Source: Eledone cirrhosa (lineage: Eukaryota). From it: 64,000 bases of DNA. The stretch covers positions 7,998,001 through 8,062,000 of the forward strand of contig OZ024766.1 in the NCBI GenBank assembly GCA_964016885.1. Reading direction: 5' to 3'. The notes under the pieces were generated by a model, which made no database searches, had not been told where the DNA came from, and was given only the letters and a program-made list of their open reading frames with translations. This document shows, piece by piece, positions 55,540 to 64,000 of the stretch. The position numbers were made by a program, and so were the translations under genes. The stretch's first letter is position 1. Every line of letters begins with the position of its first letter.

Positions 55540-55963
55540 GATAGATGTGTGTATATATAACATATAGTCAGTGTAATATGTGTGTATGTATATATCTATA
55601 TATCTATATACATATATATATATATACACATACATATAGGTAGATGTATGTACATATAACATAGCTAATGTAATGTGTATATATATATATAATGTATCTA
55701 TATATGTATGTATGTATATATATATATATGTATATATGTATATATGTATGTATGTACACATACCTGATGCAACAACCTCTCAACATCCACCCCACCCCAC
55801 CCCTACTCATCTCCTACCCATCTTCCGTCCCCATGGAGATGTATGTAGGGTGGGGCTTAAGAATTTACCGAAATCCTTTCCTTCCATTTCTTCTGCAAAC
55901 TGGTTCCTACTTCTTTGCCATAATACTGTCTATAAAACACTGTAATTCTTTCTCTCTCTGTGT

Positions 55964-56152
55964 ATCATCATCATCATCATTTTACGTCCGCTTTTCCCTG
56001 CTTGCAAGGGTGGGACGGGTCTTATTCAGCACAGCATCTCTCCACTCGTCACGGTCCCTCGTCATCTCCACCGTGAGCTTCAATGATCTGAGGTCTGTTC
56101 TCACCACCTCCGCCCATGTTTTTCGTGGTCTACCTCTACCACGTCTTCCTTC
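55964..56152 (-). mobile_element. RTE-type LINE 3' end sharing its tail with family 1 SINEs
   Basis: EGRRGRGRPRKTWAEVVRTDL...DRDEWRDAVLNKTRPTLASREKRT*, followed by (ATG)n. Confidence 0.85.
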
Positions 56153-56675
56153 ATAATATATGTATATAATATATATATACATATATATACATATATATGT
56201 ATATATATATACATATATATACATATATATGTATGTATATGTATATGTATATATATATGTTTATATACGAACGAGTAGGACCCCGACGGCTGAGCTCAAG
56301 CCGTTTCGACGGCTAATTCTGGACCAATATATATATATGTATATATATGTATATATATATGTATGTATATATATATGTATGTATATATATCTATATATAT
56401 ATACATATATATATATACATATATGATTATATATGTATGTATATATATCTATATATGTGTGTATATGTATATATATCTATATATGTGTGTATATGTATAT
56501 ATATGTATATATGTGTGTATATATATGTATGTATATATATATATATGTGTATATATATATATGTATATATGTGTGTGTATATATATATATATGTATATAT
56601 GTGTGTGTATATATATATATATATATATGTATGTGTATATATATATATATACATGCATAGAAATGCATATATGTA

Positions 56676-56711
<36 letters not shown>

Positions 56712-56714
<3 letters not shown>

Positions 56715-56975
56715 TGAGAGAGAGACTGAACATAAGAGGAATCAAATGCTGTGTGCAGGAGAGGCGGTTGCGCTGGTATGGACATGTGATGCGTATGAAG
56801 GATGACAGCTGCATAAAAAGGTGCAGAGCACTAGAAGTCGATGGAAACCGCGGAATGGAGAGACCCAAGAAGACCTGGGATGAGGTGATAAAAGCCGACC
56901 TTACCCAATTACACCTCTCAAAGGCGATGACACACGACCCTGACCTCTGGCGTCATGCAGTAATACAGAAGACCC
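56712..56975 (+). mobile_element. RTE-type LINE 3' fragment
   Basis: [10 protein letters not shown]...[12 protein letters not shown]...[20 protein letters not shown]...WRHAV. Confidence 0.85.
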
Positions 56976-57135
56976 CCCCCCCCCCTCCCCCACGGGTACA
57001 AGCTGAAGCTGAAGCATATAGACAATATGCCCCCACACCCTCCCACTGCAATTAAAAAGCTCTGTAGCCTACATAGAGCACTCTCTTTTCCTTTACCTTT
57101 CCTACGGAAATACTTCATATATATATATATATATA

Positions 57136-57457
57136 GGCACATGGCTTAGTGGTTAGAGCACTGGCCTTGCAATCGAAAGGTTGTGAGTTCAATTCTCAGA
57201 CCAGGTGATGTGTTGTTTCCTTGAGCAAGACACTTTATTTAGAATAAATAAAGCTGTAGAAATGAGATGATAGGGACTGGGGTCCCTATCATTCCACTGC
57301 AAAGTAGTCGTGGAGGTGCCACGGCAAAAAAGCACCCAGCACTCGCTGTAAATGAGGTTGGTGTTAGGGAGGGCATCCAGCTGTAGAAATCAAGCCAGAA
57401 TCAGTTCCCGTCCCACCCTTGCAAGCAGGGAAAAGTGGACGTAAAATGAGATGATGA
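57136..57457 (+). mobile_element. Full-length family 1 SINE
   Basis: Near-identical to 14098-14443. Confidence 0.9.
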
Positions 57458-57699
57458 GACTCCACGACCGATCCAGACATATATTAATATCGTCTGAGAT
57501 CCAGAAACCTTTGGGAATGGAGAAGTTATATTTTGTGTTGTTCACTTTCTAATTAAACAGCTCTGTTCTACACATAGAGCACTCTTTTCTCCTTTGCTTT
57601 TCCTTCGGAAGTACCTAACATGTATGTAAGTTTTTTTGGTTAACCGTTGACTCTTATGAGTTCTTCTGCCCTTTGTGTAAATATGTATATACCTATATG

Positions 57700-58825
57700 C
57701 ATGTGTATATATGTATACATATGTATATGTAAGTATATATGTGTATATGCAAGTATACCTGTGTATATGTAAGTATACATATGTATATGTAAGTATATAT
57801 GTGTATATGTAAGTATATATGTGTATATGTAAGTATATATATGTAAGTATATATGTAAGTATACATACGTATATGTAAGTATACATGTGTATATGCAAGT
57901 ATACCTGTGTATATGTAAGTATATATGTGTATATGTAAGTATATATGTGTATATGTAAGTATATATGTGTATATGTAAGTATACATGTGTATATGTAAGT
58001 ATATATATGTGTATATGTAAGTATATATATGTATATGTAAGTATATATGTGTATATGCAAGTATACCTGTGTATATGTAAGTATATATGTGTATATGTAA
58101 GTATATATGTGTATATGTAAGTATATATGTGTATATGTAAGTATATATATGTATATGTAAGTATATATGTGTATATGTAAGTATATATGTGTATATGTAA
58201 GTATATATGTGTATATGCAAGTATATATATGTATATGTAAGTATATATATGTATATGTAAGTATATATATGTATATGTAAGTATACCTGTGTATATGTAA
58301 GTATATATATGTATATGTAAGTATATATGTGTATATGTAAGTATATATGTGTATATGTAAGTATATATGTGTATATGTAAGTATATATGTGTATATGTAA
58401 GTATGTATATGTATATGTAAGTATGTATATGTATATGTAAGTATATATGTGTATATGTAAGTATATATGTGTATATGTAAGTATATATGTGTATATGCAA
58501 GTATATATATGTATATGTAAGTATGTATATGTATATGTAAGTATATATATGTATATGTAAGTATATATGTGTATATGTAAGTATATATATGTATATGTAA
58601 GTATATATATGTATATGTAAGTATATATATGTATATGTAAGTATATATGTGTATATGTAAGTATATATGTGTATATGCAAGTATATATGTGTATATGCAA
58701 GTATATATGTGTATATGCAAGTATGCATATGTATATGTAAGTATATATGTATATGTAAGTATATATGTGTATATGTAAGTATGTATATGTAAGTATATAT
58801 GTGTATATGCAAGTATGCATATGTA
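57700..58825. repeat. 20-bp minisatellite (aagtatatatgtgtatatgt), ~55 copies
   Basis: Direct tandem copies. Confidence 0.93.
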
Positions 58826-58831
58826 TATATA

Positions 58832-59115
58832 CGCGCAGGGACATAGAAATAATCGGGCTGGATACCTGATCGCGAGGTTAAACCAGTGGGAGTGAAGGAC
58901 CCCTAGCCTTTGTCAGGGCATTCTTCTAGGAGAAGGCAACTCAGGAAACTGGGATAACTCTGATATAAAACCTGCAGCTCAGTAGTTACCGATGATGTTG
59001 ATCTTTTCTTCTTTTCGTGTTATAGCTACTGTCGCTCAGAGAGTGGGATTGGCTCAGTGCACAGTCTTTCCTCACTTTAAAATATATCTTCACGCACAGG
59101 CATTGCACAATAGAA
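58832..59115 (+). mobile_element. Possible non-autonomous RTE-related element
   Basis: agggcattcttctaggagaaggcaactc...ctctgatataaaacct resembles the RTE 5' region motif. Followed by an (AAT)n-like tail. Confidence 0.35.
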
Positions 59116-59224
59116 TTAATTAATAATTATTAATAATGGTATATCGTGCAATGGCCATACTCGATAACGAGGGTCAACCATCATGTGTGTGTGTGTGTGT
59201 GTTCTTCTGGATTTATAATTTCAC

Positions 59225-60508
59225 AAATTTTTGCCAATAGAGTGAGTCGGTTTCTAACATAGATACAAGACTCTCTCATTGGAATTTACACAAAATCAAC
59301 TAGGTAGATATGTATGTGTGTGCAGGTGTGGATGTGTATGTTTTGAGTTGTATGTGTATATGCAGTTATCAGATGCAAAATTTTTGGAATGTTTTACATA
59401 TTTTTACTGTTCCATTAATTGATTGTACTTGTAATTTCCTAACTAGTTGTGTTCTTTCTGTTTCTGTGAAGCCCAGCTTCTCAAGATTTGTATTGAGGCA
59501 GTTACTAACATACCCCAGTGCCCCAATAATCACAGGCACAAATCTGAAGGTATAATCAGGGTGGTGTATCTCTAGATTTATCATTAGTTCTGCAAAAATA
59601 TTCTCCTTTTTGCTAATCTTTAATATTATATTGGCATCTGCTGGCAGCTAACTTCCACTACTGTGCATGCCTTCTTTTCCCTATCCCATATCATTATATC
59701 TGGTCTGTTATGCCTGCACTTTATTGGGGTTTTTACTGGAACATTCCACCAGTACTCTTATTATGTATATGTATGTCTTCCACACTGCTGTAGCTTTTAA
59801 CCCTTTAATGTTCAAACCGACCAGAATTCTCTACCCCTTTCTGTTGAAACTGGCTGTAACTGGTCCCTCAAACTGATGTTAAGGTATTGTTCTCAAAATA
59901 AATACTTTCAAAATCTCATAGATTCGATATGCGAGATATTTATGTGAGGTAAAGCCTTTACCATGAAAATATAATAGTATATATATAGAGTAATGTGAAT
60001 GTTATGTGAGATATTATGTGAGGTAAAGCCTTTACTGTGAAAATACAATAGTATATATAGAGTAATGTATATGTTATGTGAGGTAAAGCCTTTACTGTGA
60101 AAATACAATAGTATATATAGAGTAATATAAATGTTATGTGAGATATTATGTGAGGTAAAGCCTTTACTGTGAAAATACAATAGTATATATAGAGTAATGT
60201 AAATGTTATGTGAGATATTATGTGAGGTAAAGCCTTTACTGTGAAAATACAATAGTATATATAGAGTAATGTAAATGCTAAAGGGTTCATGTGTTTTGTC
60301 ATCGGGCTATCTGATCTATGGACTGCATTGTACAGTGCTTTGGTCACTACATCATGCCTCATAGGTAGATAGTACCGCGATGACATCTTTGGACAGCTGC
60401 TTATGTCATAGTTGACATCTTCGGTGTTAAATCTGCAGAGTCTGCACTGGTTGTCACATCTAGGTGTTTTACCTGCATCCCTATCTCTTTTAGGAATCAG
60501 GTATTTCA
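59225..60508 (-). mobile_element. Decayed 3' part of an RLE-type (R4/Dong-like) non-LTR retrotransposon, interrupted by other sequence and a ~68-bp tandem (59930-60277)
   Basis: RC gives CRLCRFNTEDVNYDISSC (CCHC knuckle with H->Y), then YLPMRHDVV, EYWWNVPV...HNRPDIMIWD...VVEVSC...K, and VPVIIGALG...KTFQKFCI*. Confidence 0.85.
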
Positions 60509-60834
60509 GGTGTGTGTGTATGTATGTATGTAAAAGGTAAGCAGAAATAACAACACAGTCGGTACAGTATATCGAAGGTATATATTAGGTATATATTAGC
60601 TTAACACTTGAAATAGCAGGAAGAGAGTCTTATGGTTTCGGATGCTGGTCCTTCATCAGAAGAAAGAATGAGAAATAAGAAAGATTGAGGAGACGGGCGG
60701 GGCGGAATTGGAAAAAAATAGTGGAATGGAGCTGGTGGAGAAAAAATTTGAGATTGGGCATAGTGAAGCTAGTAGGATGAGAGAAAATAGACAGGTGAGA
60801 AGGTGTCTGCCTGTGTGCATATATACATATATAT

Positions 60835-61173
60835 CATCATCATCATCATCATTTCATTTTACGTCCGCTTTTTCCCTGCTTGCAAGGGTGGGACGGGAAC
60901 TGATTCTGGCTTGATTTCTACAGCTGGATGCCCTTCCTAACACCAACCTCATTTACAGTGAGTGCTGGGTGCTTTTTTGCCATGGCACCTGCACGACCAC
61001 TTTGCAGTGGAATGATAGGGACCCCAGTCCCTATCATCTCATTTCTACAGCTGAGTAAACTGGAGCAATGTGAAATAAAGTGTCTTGCTCAAGGAAACAA
61101 CACATCACGCGGTCTGAGAATTGAACTCGCAACCTTTCGATTGCAGGCCAATGCTCTAACCACTAAGCTATGT
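60835..61173 (-). mobile_element. Full-length family 1 SINE
   Basis: RC of 14098-14443. Confidence 0.9.
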
Positions 61174-61264
61174 CCCAATTGAGGCAAGATTGGTTGGGTG
61201 ACCGTGTCTCGCTCGTATAGGACTATCTGGCAAGTTTTTTATGGCTGGATGCCCTTCTTAACAC

Positions 61265-61660
61265 CAACCACATTTATAGTGTGGACTGGGAGCTTTTTAC
61301 CGTGTTACCTACACGACCACATTACAGTGTGGACTGGGAGCCTTTTACCGTGTTACCTACACGACCACATTACAGTGTGGACTGGGAGGTTTTTACCGTT
61401 TCACCTACATAACCACATTACAGTGTGGACTGGGAGCCTTTTACCGTGTTACCTACATGGCCACATTACAGTTTACCGTGTTACCTACACAACCACATTA
61501 CAGCGTGGACTGGGAGGTTTTTACCGTGTTACCTACACGGCCACATTACAGTGTGGACTGGGAGCCTTTTACCGTGTTACCTACACGACCACATTACAGT
61601 GTGGACTGGGAGGTTTTTACCGTGTTACCTACACGGCCACATTCCAACGTGGACTGTTTT
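61265..61660. repeat. ~48-bp SINE-derived tandem (ccacattacagtgtggactgggagccttttaccgtgttacctacacga), ~8 copies
   Basis: Diverged homolog of the 48-bp unit, embedded in a SINE spanning ~61175-61882. Confidence 0.85.
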
Positions 61661-61887
61661 TTTTTTGTCGTGACACCTACACGACCTCATTTATTTAGGA
61701 CTGGATGTTGTGGTACCAACATAACTTTACAGAGAGAGGGGTGGAGTTGGCAGGAGTGGGATGATGGAGTAGGGGTAGTGGGTTGGGGTGTGTATATTTG
61801 GTTAAGAGGTGTCTACTGACTGGGGGGTTAACTTTGCACATTTGGGGAGGCGCGTCTTCTGTATTACTGCGTGGCGCCAAAGATCTC

Positions 61888-61923
<36 letters not shown>

Positions 61924-62597
61924 GGAAAAATTTGAACAGGGACAAAACAGAGAGGCAGTACAACGAATGTTTATTATTTTCACGCTCTGGAGAGAGGGGT
62001 GTTGGTGGGGGACGACGTTTTGGGCATAAGCCCTTCCTCAGGTGAGAAGTGTGTGGGAACAGAGTTCAAAGGGTGTGTAGGGGAGTGGTGGAGAGGCATA
62101 TAGCGAAAGGAAACGGTGCGAATGAAAAAATAAAAAATAAAGATAAAAATAAAGCATGATCAAAATACAAGGATTATATGTGTGTGTGTGTCAGGCTGGA
62201 GCACCATATATATATATATATGGTGATGCTCCAGTCTGACAGTCTATCGGCTAGAACACATAACTCAGAAATATGTGTTTGTATAATTTGTGGGATCTCT
62301 CTCAAACATCCTCAAAACACTCACATATACCTTCATATACACACACTCTCACACACACATCCCTTCACATATACACACACACCTTCACATATACACCCAC
62401 AGACCTGACTCCACCCCCCCCTCAACACACACACCCTCACACACACATCCCTTCACATATACACCCACAGACCTGACTCCACCCCCTCAACACACACACA
62501 CACACACCCTCACACACACACATCCCTTCACATATACACACACACCTTCACACACCTTCACATATACACCCACAGACCTGACTCCCCTCCTCCCCTC

Positions 62598-62631
<34 letters not shown>

Positions 62632-63108
62632 CACACATACACACACACACACACACTCTCACACATACACACACACACACAAACTAATTTTTAAAAATCT
62701 TAGTAAAAAAATGTTTATCAAGATTGCATTCCAGAATAGTCTGATTAATTAGATTGGTTAAGGGCGGAGGGCCATGGCACTGTGTGGAGGGCCGTGGAGC
62801 GGTGTGGGGGTGGTCGAGGTGTGTGGAGTGCCATGGCACTGGGGGGTGGGGGTGGGCTGTGGAGCAGTGTGGAGGGCCATGGAGCAGTGTGGGGGGTGTG
62901 TGGAGGGCCGTGGAGTGGTGTGGGGGTGGTCGAGGTGTGTGGAGTAGGGGTGTGTGGAGGGCCATGGGACTGTGTGAGGGTGGTGAAGGGCCATGGAGCT
63001 GTGTGGAGGTTTGATAGGACTGGGGTCCTCTGTCATTAAAACACCCAAGAAACCTCTTATGAGGTAGCTTCCATCAATTTTGATCGTTCTGCATTTTTTT
63101 ATAGTGTT

Positions 63109-63155
<47 letters not shown>

Positions 63156-63285
63156 AGAAGTTCTATTTAAATTGTTGGGATACAACAAGCAAATATGTTT
63201 ATAACTGATATAAAGCACTCAACAAATTATTGAAGTAAAAATACGATATATTAACAAATGGAAACTATATTTATAAAATCATATT

Positions 63286-63350
63286 TATTTCATTATACAT
63301 ATTTCAAGGACACCAAGTTAAATTATGGTGTGCTTTCATCAGATAAAATA
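63286..63350 (-). ncRNA. Minimal type I hammerhead ribozyme (family A); inverted copy with a stem II deletion at 63927-63982 (+)
   Basis: RC reads UAUUUUAU-CUGAUGA-AAGCACACCA UAAUUUAACU UGGUGUCCUU-GAAA-UAUGUA-UA-AUGAAAUA-AA. Confidence 0.82.
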
Positions 63351-63431
63351 TAATATAGACCAGTTTTATAAATAAATATTGACATAACCCTTAAAGAATG
63401 CAACCATTGCTATCCGGGAGCTTCCAACAGT

Positions 63432-63859
63432 CATCATCATCATCATCATCATTCGTCGACTACTGTCGAGATGATGGATCACTCTCCTGCCCCAGAATCC
63501 CCTGTCCCCCATCGCTGCCCCCAGGTCCAGTCTACTGATTCCTGTATCCCTAGAGATAACGTCAGGGAATGACAGCTTCCTACTCCTAGTCAGGCTGGAG
63601 TCAGGTGCCCCAGAATCCCCTGTCCCCCATCGCTGCCCCCAGGTCCAGTCTACTGATTCCCGTATCCCTAGAGATAACGTCAGGGAATGACAGCTTCCTA
63701 CTCCCAGTCAGGCTGGAGTCAGGGTTCCAGAGCAAGAGAGCGGATATGATTTCATTGCTGGCACGGTGACAGTGGCCAGCACATTGAGCTCTCCGGGATT
63801 TTAGAAGGGCAGAGGCTGGAGGGAGTTTGCCATAGATTTTAGACAAGGTGGGATGTCGT
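63432..63859 (-). mobile_element. 5'-truncated RTE-type LINE with a 10-bp TSD and an internal ~120-bp duplication
   Basis: AGHCHRASNEIISALLLWNP...LSFPDVISRDTG, an (ATG)n tail, and TSD ttccaacagt at 63422 and 63860. Confidence 0.88.
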
Positions 63860-64000
63860 TTCCAACAGTAATGGTTGCATTCTTTAAGGGTATGTCAATA
63901 TGTATTTATAAAACTGCTCTATATTATATTTTATCTGATGAAAGCACACCATAATTTAACTTGAAATATGTATAATGAAATAAATATTCCCTGTCAGTAA

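Noticed and set aside
57636-57672. Minus-strand CAGAAGA-ACUC AUAA GAGU-CAAC hairpin
   Set aside because: Both core segments are mutated; a ribozyme cannot be supported.

Overview
Repeat-saturated, gene-poor eukaryotic DNA. The SINE families and the (TA)n/(CA)n density resemble an octopod cephalopod (inference). No complete protein-coding gene is visible; nearly all long ORFs in the track are translations of micro- and minisatellites. The window holds tRNA-head SINEs of two families, decayed non-LTR retrotransposon fragments (RTE, CR1-like, Tx1/L1-like, R4/Dong-like RLE), an internally deleted DD37D (maT) Tc1/mariner element, and many minisatellites that visibly derive from pieces of those elements. 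The most notable signal is a set of short AT-rich non-coding elements sitting in or next to (TA)n tracts. About 13 of their motifs fold by eye into minimal type I hammerhead ribozymes (stem I-CUGANGA-stem II-GAAA-short, usually palindromic stem III-NUH-stem I), and several more are half or decayed copies. They fall into at least six sequence-unrelated families, often form fold-back palindromes, and four families share a C·C mismatch at stem II position 4. This fits non-autonomous Penelope-like/retrozyme-like elements, with no RT or GIY-YIG ORF in the window. All coordinates and pairings were read by eye.
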